Below, one piece after another: positions 1-13,470 of a stretch of DNA of 64,000 nt. Made by a program: the position numbers and the translations under genes. The stretch is from NCBI GenBank assembly GCA_034780895.1, contig JAUZTB010000107.1, positions 67,104,385 through 67,168,384 of the forward strand, written 5' to 3'. A model generated the notes under the pieces. The model saw only the letters and a program-made list of their open reading frames with translations. It ran no database searches and was not told the DNA's origin. The number at the start of each line of letters is the position of its first letter. Position 1 is the stretch's first letter. Origin of the DNA: Rhynchobatus australiae (taxonomy: Eukaryota).

Positions 1-2119
1 TTTTGAACTTCAATGGAAACCAGTGGTAAACAAAACCAGTCAGTGAGAAAATATAGGCTTCTCAGTCTGTGTACATCATACAGAAGTACAAATAGTGCTG
101 GAAAATCAAATGCAGGCAAAACTGACTTCTCACTTTGCCCATGGACTCACTATTAAGTGTAGGGGCATTCCTTAAAGTTACAAGGTAAGGGAAAAATATG
201 ATCTATATTGACCCTTTAGTCTGTGCCAGCCATAGCTAGTGTCATCCTACATATTAGAATGGAATTGCTGAGATTTATAAACTTTATTTTATTTTTCTTT
301 GTCTGTATATTTACGTTTTTAATTAATTAACATCAGAAGTGGTTTTAAAGTATTGGTAATGTTTTAATTAAAATATTTTAGTTTATAAATCATTTAAATC
401 AATTCCAACTGCTGTTAAATGTTAAGAACAAGCCTATGAAACAGCGGTGCTGGGGAAAACTTCTGAGAGGCTTGGAGACTGCCCAATTGCAGGTCAGTAT
501 TGGAACAAATACCTTGACGACTAGGGAAGAGAGGGAAGTGAGCCAAGCGGTGGGGCAGGTGAAATACGATAGGGCCTATTAAGAGTGGCCATACAGTGTT
601 GCTGCTGGAGAACTGCATTCATGGAAATTTTAGACAAATAATTTTAACTAATTGCAAAGAACAAGTTTTAACAGGAACCATGATATCAGTAGATTATTAT
701 AAACCATACTTTATTGTCTTCTACTTTTTGGCATGGTCAGAACTATTTCAATTGTCATTAGGGTTGGATTGGAAAAAAAAAGTAAATGTCTTTAAAAAGG
801 CAGAGGTTCCCACTTTTCACTTTAATCAAAGACATCACAGCATTCTTAACTGAAATCTACTCAATTCTGTGAGTAATACTTGTCAGTGATTAGCTTTCTA
901 AACAGATTGTTATGGTAGTGATTATAAAGGAAAATCAGAGGAGTTCAAAAACAGTCAAACAAAATTTTAAAAACTTTATTGGATGCATGAATGGTGCAGG
1001 ATTAGAATGCTGCAACACAAAGAGACCATCTGACTCTGAAACTTTGCTCAAGTATTCCCAATTTGTTATCCTTTTATAAATTATTTTCCAAACATTTAGC
1101 CATTTCCCTTTGGGCAAATTGAGAAAATGGCAGATTAAATGGTAAGAAAGTGTTAATAAAAGTCTATACCTAGGTAATGTCACACACAAACGATAGGGTA
1201 CTTTAAAAAGTTGATGGCAGTCCTCACTCTCAAGTCTGAGGTTGACAATGGGACAGATCTTCCACCCAAGTACCAGGGCTTTTCCTGAGACTTACTGTCA
1301 ATACTCCTTGGAAACTTCAAATGTACTTCAGTCACAGGCTTAAGCCAACAATGGCATCGTCACCATGCTGCTTATTCGCTGGCTGCCCTTACATTGCACA
1401 AGTGGATACCCAACGGAGTTCCAAGACACACTGCAGGATCCCACAGACTTCCCACCTCTCAAGCTGGGAAAAGTGCCCACTGAGCCTGGGCCAGGCAAAA
1501 CATAACACGATTATACTGAAATCCATGAGAATAAAAAACTGCCTGACAAATGGCAAGAGGGAGTTTATTTGATTTTAATTTATGTAGTTTATTGCTTTTA
1601 CATGAAAATATTTGGGTGTATTAAGCTTTCAAAAACAAAATCATTACACCTTTTTTAATGATTTCTGAGTGTTTTTCAATGTTTGTAAACTTCAAAGGTA
1701 TTCAGTAACATTCAATTTAAGTGACAGATTGAGAGCTTGTGGAGAACAGGCCAAAACCTCATTTGGTGTCAAAGCTTTTCAGCAATTGCAACCAGGCACT
1801 TTTGATGAGAGAGGCCCTGTGCTTTACTACAATGTACCAGGCAATGTCAATATTCTAGGAACTAACTTCATAACAGAAATCTGAACCCAGAATCATACTG
1901 GATAAAAACACTATATGCACTCAGTAACCTCTAGGTGGCAGGAAATATTTTCTAAAGTCTTATTACATCAATTGGTAATTTATTTTGCATTCAGTGGAAC
2001 AGTGACAATGATTTGCAAGAATCATATTCTGTAGTATGGAGACTCCAGACACAGATTTAGACTTACCATTCAGCCATGCTAGAGTTAAGTAAATGCTAGA
2101 GTTAAGTATATTTATTAGA

Positions 2120-2265
2120 TATGCAAGAGACTGCAGATACTGGAATCTGAAGCAAAAAGGTAATTGCTGGAAAAACTCAGTGGGTCAAGCCAACTCGGCC
2201 CAAAGTCTTGACCCGAAATGTCAACCGTCCCTCTGCCTCCATAAATACTGTTTGATCCGTTGAGT
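2120..2265. repeat. Short interspersed repeat family (ctgcagatgctggaatctg...gaactcagc.ggtcaggcagcatc), partly palindromic; other copies near 2665-2830, 6262-6342, 39945-40180, 53118-53265, 60426-60475, 61745-61860
   Basis: The same motifs recur at several positions in both orientations. Family name not established. Confidence 0.7.
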
Positions 2266-3058
2266 CATTTATTACACTTTACTACTTGTCTCCATTTATA
2301 TTCTTGTCATCAACTCCTGATATGGTGAAATTCTGGAGACAAATGTACTCTTGAGATTCACGTGATTAAAGTCTTCCTGCACAATGCTGCACTACAGTGA
2401 AACTATTTAATATTTTCTAAATTGTTGACAAATGCTCATACTTATGTTTTCTGGAATTATGTAAATTTACTTTCACTGAATGTAGTAAACAGCTAATGGC
2501 ATAAAATTTAACTCTTTCAAATCAGTTATTCTAGATCAGTGGAAATTTAACTGTAGAAACCCAGAGGATTTCTGCTGCTTTGCAGGTTCAACAGATACAA
2601 GGAAGGATGCTAGTGGATATAGTTATAAATGACTGAGGTAATGAAGAAAAAATAGCACATACAGAAGCAAAATACTGCAAATGCTGAAAATCAGAAATAA
2701 AGCAACAAGATGCTCAGGCAGCATCTGTGGAGAGGGAAATAGACTTCAAGTCTGAGGTTGAGAAATTTTCATCAAGATGAATCACTGACAGTTTATTCCT
2801 GGATTTGTTGCCTTACCTGTTTATTTTCAGCTTTTTCTATTTAATTTTTCATACAATATAGCTTAATTTTCTATTCCAGCAAAGTTAGGACAATACAATG
2901 AGAACAACAGTTTCTGAACATCAGCACATTACTTCGAGGAACTTAGTCTTGCTATCATTTGGCCGAGATTTGATGAGAACAAAATATTTTGTGACTTTTC
3001 TAAACAAATATTCAGTTAAAAACATTAACAAAACATTTTTTTTTAAAAGAACACTTAC

Positions 3059-3238
3059 TGTCCTTGGCTGTGCTCTGTTTTCCTTCTGTTTCTGCATTTG
3101 CCTGAATTCCTCTTGTTGAATTTCCAAGAGTGATTTGGTAGTAACTGAAGCTTTTGGAATATTACCCCATCCCGTCAGTTTCTGCTGTTGGTTTTGCTGT
3201 TGTTGCAAGGCTTTCATTAATTCCTGCTGCTGCCTTCG
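3059..3238 (-). CDS. GIGYF2: GIGYF2 internal coding exon (RRQQQELMKALQQQQNQQQKLTGWGNIPKASVTTKSLLEIQQEEFRQMQKQKENRAQPRT); last exon found in the window
   Basis: Acceptor ccatctcag|CGA, donor ACA|gtaagt, 180 nt, phase 0-0. Matches recalled human GIGYF2 ELMKALQQQ...GWGNV...TTKSLLEIQQEE. Confidence 0.93.
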
Positions 3239-3976
3239 CTGAGATGGCAAAGTAAAGCATGACACAAAAATGACCAAGACTTTAAAAAAAATACAAACCT
3301 TCCCGTTTCTTCCCTGAATTTCATTTTCTTTTCCCGCCCCATGGTTTTGGCTTCATCTAACCTCAAATTTCTTCCATCCTCTGAGCCTATATCTGCACCC
3401 CAATTATATTGTTAAACAGTATCATCAGCTATCAAACAGCTTTAAGCAGATAATTTTTACTGATTTCCTACTAGCAGCCATGCATTCAGCTGCCAAAGCC
3501 TTAAAACTCTGGAATTCCCATCCTAATACCTTGCCTCCTGATAACATAGCTTAAATAAAAATTCAGTTATTCTCCATGTGTGATTTGGTGACAAATTTTG
3601 CGTGACCCCGATGAAGGACATTACACTAAGTTGGAGCGTTGTATGTACAGGTAGAGGCTGAAGGAAATTCTGGCTTATCAGATGTCAAACAAAATTGAGC
3701 TGATCCTGGAAGTAAAATTAACAGGTCCAGAGATACAGTTTCTACCATGAGTCAATTAAGCCAAGCAATGCAGCAATTCTTTTTTTTTGTAACTCAAGGA
3801 TGGGACAGAGTTTTAAAAGTTTAAAAATAATGTCTTGCCCAATATATTCCAAAGTTTTTACAGTCAACACAATGTTCAAAAACAATAGGTAAATGAGGAC
3901 CAATTTGTCTAAAAACATTAGTGACTTCATGATTTAGTTCAATATTCCAATGTTTGCCTTTAAATATTTGTATTAC

Positions 3977-4099
3977 CTCTTCCTGTAGTTGCCTCTCCCT
4001 TTCCTCCTCCAATTTCTGTATTTCAGCTAATGATAGTGTCCCCTGGGATTGTGTTGAGACTGAAGATGACTGCTGGCCCCATGTTGAAGAAGAAGGAAG
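3977..4099 (-). CDS. GIGYF2: GIGYF2 internal coding exon (LPSSSTWGQQSSSVSTQSQGTLSLAEIQKLEEERERQLQEE)
   Basis: Acceptor ttcttcag|CTT, donor GAG|gtaata, 123 nt, phase 0-0. LPSSSTWGQQ and LSLAEIQKLEEERERQL match GIGYF2. Confidence 0.95.
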
Positions 4100-4389
4100 C
4101 TGAAGAAAAATTGGACTAAATTAGGATTAAATTAAAAATGAAAAGACACAGAACAGTGAATTCAGGTTGCTTTAGTTCCAGACTAGTGCAGTAAATCTCT
4201 TATTTGTATTCAATAAACATAAGTAAAACTTTTCAGTGCCACTCAACATTTTACCTATTAAAATGTTATCCATTTTATGCAGATGTGAAATTCTCCACGT
4301 TGATAAAAATGATAGTTTTCAAAGTCACAAGGGCAACAGATTACAAGTTTAGCAACAAACAATCTGCTGGAGGAATCCAACAGACTGAG

Positions 4390-4392
<3 letters not shown>

Positions 4393-4470
<78 letters not shown>

Positions 4471-4474
4471 GGGG
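4393..4474. repeat. (TG)~30 microsatellite followed by a poly-G run, abutting a gap
   Basis: Directly visible; gap at 4475-4686. Confidence 0.97.
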
Positions 4475-5619
4475 NNNNNNNNNNNNNNNNNNNNNNNNNN
4501 NNNNNNNNNNNNNNNNNNNNNNNNNNNNNNNNNNNNNNNNNNNNNNNNNNNNNNNNNNNNNNNNNNNNNNNNNNNNNNNNNNNNNNNNNNNNNNNNNNNN
4601 NNNNNNNNNNNNNNNNNNNNNNNNNNNNNNNNNNNNNNNNNNNNNNNNNNNNNNNNNNNNNNNNNNNNNNNNNNNNNNNNNNNNNNCCCACTAGTGAGTC
4701 TTACAAATGAATATACCCTTTCGTTCCCATTGTTTTATGCTCTTAACTAGTTCTACACTCACAGAAAGATATTACCCTTAAACCAATAAACTATTTTAAC
4801 ACAGGAAAATAGGAGCAGTCGAAGACCACGCAAGGCTGACCTGTCATTTCATATAATCATGGCTAATTGCCCCAGGCCTCATCTCCCCTTCTGTGCCCTT
4901 AATTCCCCGATCTTTCACAAATTAATCTACTTGTTCTTTAAATACCCCCAATGATCTAACCATTCTCCCCTCCAGGATAGAAAATTCCAGAGATTCAGCA
5001 ACCTTTGTGAGAAATAGTTCCTTTGCACCTCAGTTTAAATGACCAATCTCTAATTTTGTAATAATAGTTTATCCAACAACTGTTTGCATGGCATTCAAAA
5101 AATTAAGATCTGGAAATTATAGATCCACTGGTTCCCTCTTATCTACCTCACTATGCAGATCTTTAAAACTACTAGATTTATCACACACCATTTCTCTTTC
5201 ACACAATGGTGACTCTACCTTATGGCATAGACTTTTGTACAAGCTATCAATTAGTCTTTAATACTTGATTAATGCATTTTCCAACAACTGATGTTATTGG
5301 TCCACAGTTCCACATTTAATCTCTGACTTGTTTCTTGAATAGCTGTGTTACATTTGTTATCTTCCAATTCATTGGAACATTTCCAGAGCATACAGAATTT
5401 TGGAAGATTACATTATCTTTTCAGTTACGTTTCAGCACACTAGGGTGTAGATTCTTAACTCTAGGGAAATGTTTAGCTTTTTGTCTTCTTAATTTTCAGT
5501 ATTTTAATTATTTAATATTGATAACCATTTTAGATTGTTTACTTTCATTTAGATATTTCATTCCCCCAGATTACTGGTACACTGGTCTAAAATTTACATG
5601 GACTGCCTGTGCTGTTCAG

Positions 5620-7350
5620 AGAGTTATAGAGCACAGAAACAGGCCCTCTAGGCCCAACTGGTCCGTGCCTACTAAGATGCCCCATTTGCCAGTGTTTGGC
5701 CCATTACCTTCGAAACCTTTCCAATCTATGTCTGTGTCCAACTGTCTTAAAAGTTGTTATTGTACCTGACTCAAACCCCTTGGCAGCTCATTCCACACAA
5801 TTAGTATCCTTCGTGTAAAAATAAAAGTTGTCTCTCAAATTCCTATTTATTCACCTTAAAACCTATGCCTTTTCCAGGATTCCCCAATCCTGGAAAAATG
5901 ACTGTGTGCATTCACCCTGTGTATGCCCCTCCTGATTTTATACACCTCTAGAAGATCATCTCTCAGCCTCCTATGCTCCAAGAGTAAGGTCCTAGCTTCT
6001 TCAACCTCTCCCTCGGTTCTTGAACTGACCTGCACAGCCCTGATCTCCCCTCAAAAACACAACAGTGCGGATCACCTCATGCACTCCCACGGACTTATCT
6101 CTGATTGTACCTTTTCTTTTGCACTAAGATCTCGTTCCTGCACAGTGTTTATTTTTCTCTCTCCACTGTCTTGTATAATTTATATTCAGTGTGTTTCTGT
6201 ACCGACATGCCTGTAATGCTGCTGCAAGGAAGTTTTTTTTATAAAGAATGGCAAATTGTAAATAAATGAAAAACACGATGACGCTGGAGGAACTCAGCAG
6301 GCCAGGCAGCATCCGTGGAGAAAAGCAGGCGGTCAACGTTTCNNNNNNNNNNNNNNNNNNNNNNNNNNNNNNNNNNNNNNNNNNNNNNNNNNNNNNNNNN
6401 NNNNNNNNNNNNNNNNNNNNNNNNNNNNNNNNNNNNNNNNNNCCATAAAAGGGCTAGCGTTACTGGGGTGGGTTTAAGCTAGATTGGCATGGCGGTGGGA
6501 TCCCAAGCATTGGGGGGTAAATGAGAAGCTGGAAAGTGATGCAGAAATCAGCGAAAGCAAGTTGAATAGGCACGACAGGCAGGAGAATGGCCAGGAGTGA
6601 GGAAAGTCTCTCGGATTAAATTGCATTTATTGCAATGCAAGAGATCTGACAGGTAAGGCAGATGAACTTAGGGCTTGGATAGTTATGTGGGACTGGGATA
6701 TTATTGCCATTACAGAAACATGGCTAAGGGAGGGACAGGACTGGCAGTTCAATGTTCTGGCAGGTACTTCAGGCAGCATAGAGGCAGAGGAAAGAAAGGA
6801 GGGGGAGTTGCATTTTTGATAAGGGAATGTCACAGCAGTAGTCAGAGATGAAATTACTGAAGGATCATTCAGTGAGGCTTTATAAGTGGAGCTGAGAAAT
6901 AAGAAGGGGCTGATCTCATTGTTGGGATTGTACCAGAAGCCCCCAAATAGTTATTGGGAATTAAAAGAACAAATATGCAGGGAGATTGTGAAGAGTTGTA
7001 AGAATAATAGGGTTATCATAGTAGGGGATTTTAACTTTCCAAATAATACTCCAAGTGTAGTCTCACTAATGACTTGTACAGTTACAACATGACATCCCAC
7101 CTCCTGTACTCAGTGCCCTGACTGATGAAGGCAAGTATGTCAGACACCTTCTTCCCCACCCTGTCTACCTGTGTTCCCACTTTCAGGGAACTATATAGTC
7201 GTACCCCTACATCCTTCTGTTCAACCACACTCTCCAGGGCCCCTACCATTCACTGTGAAAGCCCTGCCCTCATTTAACTGACCAAATTGCAACACTTTGC
7301 ATTTGCCTGAGCTAAAATTCCTTGGCCCACTTCCCTAGTTCATGTTGTAA
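5620..7350 (-). mobile_element. Decayed CR1-like LINE 3' region interrupted by nested insertions (LINE tail ~6020-6235, short repeat, gap, plus-strand CR1 endonuclease fragment)
   Basis: 5620-6010 resembles the CR1 tails elsewhere in the window; 7045-7350 continues the ORF2 C-terminal region on the same strand. Confidence 0.7.
6443..7040 (+). mobile_element. CR1-like LINE fragment, ORF2 AP-endonuclease N-terminus
   Basis: Translates as LNCIYCNAR...KADELRAWI..WDWDIIAITETWL and RVIIVGDFNFP (ORF 6886..7092), with frameshifts and stops. Confidence 0.85.
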
Positions 7351-7374
7351 TCTTAACAGTCCACTGGTAATGAT

Positions 7375-7590
7375 TAGATGAGATAAGATCTCATGTTATG
7401 ATGTCTCATAAGATAGCCACATGTACATCGAAGCACACAGTGAAATACATCTTTTCGCGTCAAATGTGCTTAAGTGTCGTCACGCTTCCAGCGCCAAAAT
7501 AGCATGCCCACAACTTCCTAACCCGTATGTCTTTGGAACATGGGAGGAAGCTGGAGCACCTGGAGGAAACCCACACAGACACGGGGATAA
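7375..7590 (-). mobile_element. SINE fragment (V-SINE/HE1-like core with agataagat...cacatgtacatcgaa tail)
   Basis: Core ggaggaagctggagcacctggaggaaacccacacagacacgggg is shared with the copies at 33300 and 48410; the tail is shared with 43630-43697. Confidence 0.75.
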
Positions 7591-7714
7591 TTACTACTTT
7601 GACTTTAGTCGAAGGGTAAATTTTGGCCAGACCCTGGGCATAACTCCACTGCTCTTCCATGGAAACATTAAGGCCTATTTGTGACATGGTGCAGGTTAGA
7701 AACTCTGCCTGAGA

Positions 7715-8060
7715 TCACAAGAAACTGCAGAGAGTTGTGGCGATAGCTCTGCACATCACGGACACCAGCCTCCCCTCCATGGACACTGTCTACACTTCTC
7801 ACTGCCTTGGTAAAGCAGTCAACATAATCAAAGACCCCTCCCACCCCGGACATTCTCTCTTCTCTCCCCTCCCTTCTGCATTTGGCAGAAGATACAAAAG
7901 CCTGAAAGCACATACCAAGGACAGTTTCTATCCCACTGTTATAAGACTATTGAATGGTTCTCTAGTATAAGATGGACTCTTGGCCTTACAATCTACCTCG
8001 TCATGGCCTTGCACCTTATTATCTGCCTCACTGCACTTTTACTGTGACTGTAATACTTAA
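7715..8060 (+). mobile_element. Rex1/Babar-like LINE 3' end
   Basis: ORF 7737..7970 has IIKDPSHPGHSLFSPLPS..RRYKSLKAHT.KDSFYPTVIRLLN, typical of Rex1-clade RT C-termini. Related pieces at 36305-36635 and 41845-41975. Confidence 0.75.
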
Positions 8061-8769
8061 GGGAACTGTGTTGAAGGCTATGGCTTCTGTGCCCATTTTT
8101 TATCATCCAATACTGGATGTTGGGAAATTCGAATGGTAATTTAGAAGCTGAGAAAGGGTGAAGGAAGAAGTTATTGTGTTCAGGCTGAATGTTATCAGGC
8201 ATGGGAATGTTATGGGAAACTTGTACTTTTGGTGATGTTGCTGAGTAGCTGCACGTAGATGAGAAGAGGGAGGGACCAAGGATAGGTCCTTGGTGGAGAC
8301 CAGAGGTAACGGTGCAGGAGCAGGGAGTGAAGCCATTAAATAAAGAATGAGACCAGGTGATTGGAGCCCCCTCCAGTTCTGGGAGGGAGGGGAATTAGAT
8401 AGTTGGCTATGTCAAGTGCTGCGCGTAAGTCAAAAAGGACAGGGTAAACTCAGTAGACACAGGAGAGAATCTGAGGAAGGATGCAAGTTCAGGGCTAAGA
8501 CTAAGGATGTGATAAAGAAGTAGCAGAAGCAGCTAAAAGGATGATCTGGATCTTAGTGCCAGAGTCCATGAGCTTATACACGTTGCAGATAGGAGTGGAG
8601 GAGATGGTGTGTAGTGGAGAAAATTCTCAACTTGAAGAGTGTGCATTGTGAGACAATTGCCCATTATAAAAATGAACTGTTTGTAAATGGCATCCACCTT
8701 CAGTGTAAGTAAGAGGAAATTAATCTCCATTTAAAGTGCTGGCAATGCGATGTCATCTCCAATTGTGTG

Positions 8770-9130
8770 TTAGAGTCAGAGTCGTACAGCCCATCAGCCC
8801 AACTGGTCGATGCCAATCAAGATGCCCTATCCAAGCTAGTCCCATTTGCTACTGTTTGGTCCATAGCCTTCTTATCTTTTTCAATCCATGTACCTGTCCA
8901 ACTGTCTTTTAAAAGTTGTTATTGTACGTGCCTCAACCACTTCCTCTGGCAGCTCAGTCTACATACATTGTGTAAAAAATTTGCCCCTCAAGCTCCTATT
9001 AAATCTTTTGCCTCTCACTTTAAACCTTTGCCTTCTAGTTCTTGATTCCCCAACCCTGGGAAAAAAGACTGCGTGCATTCATCCTATCTATGCCTCTTAC
9101 TACTTTATACACCTCTATAAGATCACCTCT
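8770..9130 (-). mobile_element. CR1-like LINE 3' end fragment
   Basis: Closely similar to 5620-6010 (ccaactgtc..taaaagttgttattgtac...gaaaaa.gactg.gtgcattca). Confidence 0.8.
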
Positions 9131-11669
9131 CGTTGTTAATTCATAAATAAAGATCATAATCAATTTGTGTGACTTTTCCAACACAAGCTTCCTGGATGAA
9201 GCCGCAAAAGCTCTGTGTGGTGGAGGGCTTTCTATACATAAACCCTGTCACTTGGTAAGCATGGTTTTGGGGAGAGGGATGTATTAGCCAACTATCATGA
9301 CAATGTTTCTGACATTCAAAAATATTAAACACATTTATGCTATTAAAATACTGAAATTACAAAAATAATAATTTATAATTAAAAATAAAAATACTTCAAA
9401 AGAGAAATAAGCTAAAAAAATCAGAGTGTAAATTAACAAAGCTTTAGCTTTGTTCCTCATGGTTGTTCCTCTCCATTCAAATGATTGGAGATAAAGTCCC
9501 TTTACTGATTTGTTTCAACACATTTGGCACCATAAGTTACGGAGCGCTGGCATATCTTTATACCCTGAAGCTAGCCTTCCCAAGTCTCACACAGAGAATA
9601 GCTGAGAAACTCTGCTAGCAAGCTTAGGAATTCTGTATTCACATATGCAAATGTAGCAACCTTGAACTTGCTAGTATATGTGGGGAAATGCCAGCATTTC
9701 CATGCAGAACTGTCGGCATTTCTCCACAAAAACAGAGACCCATTCAGTACACTCTCTTATGCGAGAATCAATGTCAAACCTCTCAACTTTTTCCTCATTT
9801 CCCATGATTCTTCCTGTCTCTGAAGACCTCTCATTTACTTTTGTTACTCATCTCACACTCATGGAAGTTCTTATAATTTAATAACATTCCAATAACATAA
9901 CTCCCCAGGCTGAGTATTCTTCTTGGCAAAATTATAAACTTTTTAATGAGCTTCAGCTAGATTTAGATGGATCACTTTTTTTTAAAAAAAGCAGCATGAA
10001 TGATCATTGTAACAAGAGCACTGAATGTGAAGCAAATCTTAGTAAGCACTAGAACTAGATAGATAAAATTAGTTGTGTTCCTTTTTTGTTTTGACAACTA
10101 TATCAAAATAAATGCAAAAGATGAAACTGAGGTTTACCATCCCTGCTAAGTACATGTAGCATGAGTTATTTCAAAATTAAGGTATATTTTGTTTAAAGTT
10201 TCACAAATAATTGCATTACTATCCCCAAATCAATATCCCTTAACACAGAGGTTAAAGGTTCAAATGATGAAATTAGATCTTTGATTAGACCACTGAACAA
10301 ACAGACTCAAAACAGCAAAGATGCTGTTTTCAACTGACAACTGAAGCATCAAACTTTTGATGTGACCGCCATTCTTTGCTTATTTTCAATATAATTCTAT
10401 CCACAACCATAAGTACAAAATGCCACACCAGTTTTTCATCTAGTGTTTTTCAGAAACATTGCCAAACAGCTGTGAATTCCTGAGCAGCCATGCAGACTAA
10501 TCTCAAAAACTACACCACCACCCAAAAAGGTGACAGAGGAGGCCAAAAGATGGAAGATTTAGGGAAAGAATGGTGGTGTGTGGCCAAAGTAGTCAGAGGT
10601 GTAGCTGCTAACGTGGAGGCAAAGAAGAGATCGTCAAAATCAAAGGAATGCAGTCAAGGTTGTTGGTTGGCCATTGGGAAAATGGTGAGGCCCAGGAAAA
10701 GGGAGGTTCAAGATATGTCTTTGGGCTAGGGGAATACATCTGACTAACAGGAACCATTAAAGAAAATATATTTTAAAAAGTCAGTAGTCATTCCTGTAAT
10801 TTTTGCTGCAGACACTTTTCCAAGAGGGCTACACTTGCACCTTTCTGCCAATATCCCCACTGAAACATTTAATTTAGTTACTAAATCTCACGCTCAAAAA
10901 TCATGGCAGTGTGATTTTCCTGTACAGTTGTTTTCCAGCAACTACATCAGAGGTGTGAAATGATGTCCAAGAACCATTTGTTCAATCTCATTAAGTTTTG
11001 CACAGGAGAGTAACTTTGCCAGCCTTGCTCCAGATATCAGAATTATGATTGCTTTGATTTCTTGAATGTTATTATGTTATGTGTGAAACATCTTGCTGCT
11101 GTCCTTGAACTTGATTGTAATGTATTGAAAAATAAATTTCCAAGATCAAGATCATAACTGGCCTGGTCAATTACCATTCAAATCTCTGAAATTACATAAT
11201 CTGAAATATAAACTCAGTAGTTGATATTAAGTTGAAATTTATGAAGTATAATTCCAATTCAATCCTTATCAAATTTCCCCATGCTTTGGTTAACATCAAT
11301 TGACAGAGACTACAAAGGGAAAGTGGGGTCTCACATTTTTATATGAAAACAACAAAGAAAATTAGGTGGTTGCTAAGCAGAAGCAAAATTTGATGATCCT
11401 TTGCAGGAAGTTTGACCCCAACCAGCAGTATATCAATCCAGAAATTAACTGAACTCTTATAAAGGAACATTTACAAAGGTGATCAGCATCACTGGATTTA
11501 AAATGTTGGCAGGATTTCACTTACTTCAAGGAGATTTCTTGTATGGTTCCACAAAACACAAGTCCTCTAATCCAGGACATGGATCATATGTAAAAAAACG
11601 AATCAGTGCACAAAATGACTTAACAATCATCTTGGTTCCCAGGTGATGTATATAAAAGTTCATATGAAT

Positions 11670-12720
11670 ACAAGAACATAAAGAACAGGAGGAGTAGGTC
11701 TGCGACCCCTCAAGCCTGCACCACCACAGCTGATTGTCTACCTTGAATGTCATATTTCTGCCTATCCACAGATTATTCTATTAGCTAGAAATCTATTGAT
11801 CTCTTCTTTGAATACACTCAAGACTGAGCCTCCACAGACCACCAGAGAAGAGAATTCCAAAGATCTGTCACCCTCAGTCAATAAAATTTCTCATAATTTC
11901 AGTCCTAAATGATTTATTCCTTGTTTTCAGACTGTGACCCTTTGTTCTAGACTCCTTAGCCCAGAGAATCATCTTCTCCATACCTACCGCAATGAGATCA
12001 CTAAGAACTTTTCACATTTCAATGAAGTCATCTCTAACTCTAGAGAAGAAGTCTTACCATCTAACCCACTCAATCACTCCTCATACAACATACCAACCAT
12101 GTGCAAACCCAGTCTGGTGATTGTTTGCTGCACTACCTTGGGTAAGTTGACAAAATTTGTACACAATCCTCCAGGTATGGTCTCAGCAAGGCACTGTATA
12201 ACAATAAAACATCTTTACTGCTGTACTCAAATTTTCTTCCATTATTAATCAACATACCATTTATCTTCCTCATTCCCTGGATGTTAGGATTCAGTGACTT
12301 ATGTACAAAGACAACCAGGTCCCTTTGACATTTCCCAATCTTTTATCATTTTAAAAGTACTCAGTATTTCTACTTTTTCCTCTAAAAATGGGTAATCTCA
12401 CATTTTTCCATATGTATTCCATGTTGCTCACTCAACTTGTCTATATCATCTTGCAGTTTCTTTGCATGTTCATCACTATTTGCTTTCCCACTTGTTTCTA
12501 TGTCATCATCAAACTTATAAATATTACTTTTGGTCTCCTCCTTCAAACTGAATTGCTGCGCCAAAGCATCAATCTCTGTGGTACCCCACTAGTTACAGTC
12601 TGCTAACCCCAGAAGGACCTGTTTATCCCTACTTGGTTAACATTCAATTTTTTTTAAACTCACAATTCCACCTGCCCTAATCTTGTTCAACAATCTCTTG
12701 CATAAGATCTTACTGAAATA
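11670..12720 (-). mobile_element. Old decayed CR1-like LINE 3' region
   Basis: Tail aagaacataaagaacaggaggagtagg. ORF 12382..12564 has FDDDIETSG...KKLQDDIDKLSEQ...KCEITHF (degenerate FADD / LQxDLD motifs). Confidence 0.75.
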
Positions 12721-13203
12721 AAAGTTGCAATCATTTAGGTTTGAAAGAAGTTAGAGACAGGATAGACAAGGCCACAGAAATTTAAATGAGACTTTGGGGG
12801 ACAGGAAAATCTCCCTATAAATGCCTATTGCATGGAAATGATGGCTGGCAATGATGAGAGAAAGACAATGAATTGTTTAAGAGTTGCACAACATTATTGT
12901 GAGGGTAGGAGCTTATGGTCCCATGGCAGACTTACATTGAGTGACTTTCCTAATCTGCACAAGATCCTCACAACAGAATCTTTAAACTATGTTTATTCAA
13001 AAAAAGTTTGAAAGAGGCAAAGAAATTTAAATTCAAATGGTAACTATATGAAACAGCAACACTTCAATAACAACATAAATGCTATGAAGTTAACATTAGT
13101 CCTGGTACTCACCAATAACTATTATGTGTTTCACATTCCATACAATTTCCTTTTTTTTTAAAAATCACTGTTTCCCAAAAAGTCAAATACTTCCAAGTCT
13201 TAC

Positions 13204-13470
13204 CTTCATTTGGGCTAACTGCTGTTGCTGCTGCTGTTGCTGTAAACGTCTCAGTGCTTCCTGCTGCTGTTGTCTCTGTCTCAGTGCTTCTTGCTTCTGT
13301 AGCTCTTTATGACGCTCCAAATCTTTTCTTTTTTGCTCCTCTTCCTCTAATCGAAGACGATTCTCTTCCTCCATTTTTAGCCGATTATCTTCTTCAGCAC
13401 GTCGCCGAGCTTCTTCCTCCTCCATCATCCACCGTGCTGCTTCTTCATCTTTACGTCTGCGTTCTTCTTC
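13204..13470 (-). CDS. GIGYF2: GIGYF2 coiled-coil exon (EEERRRKDEEAARWMMEEEE...QQQQQQQQLAQMK)
   Basis: Acceptor atgaaag|GAA (weak pyrimidine tract), donor AAG|gtaaga, 267 nt, phase 0-0. Overlaps ORF 13183..13428; RQRQQQQEALRRLQQQQQQQQLAQMK as in GIGYF2. Confidence 0.92.

Noticed and set aside
1-3058. Next GIGYF2 exon (expected ...MGFWDDAVKE...)
   Set aside because: Not found by inspection; presumably outside the window. The short ORFs here show no homology I recognise.
4454-4474. G21 run as a G-quadruplex
   Set aside because: It abuts a gap after a microsatellite; length is unreliable and may be a sequencing artefact.
4204-4750. Long ORFs with CVCVCV/HTHTHT and X runs (also at 35023-35407, 53568-54182, 55240-55782, 58917-59667)
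   Set aside because: Artefacts of the microsatellite and N gaps.
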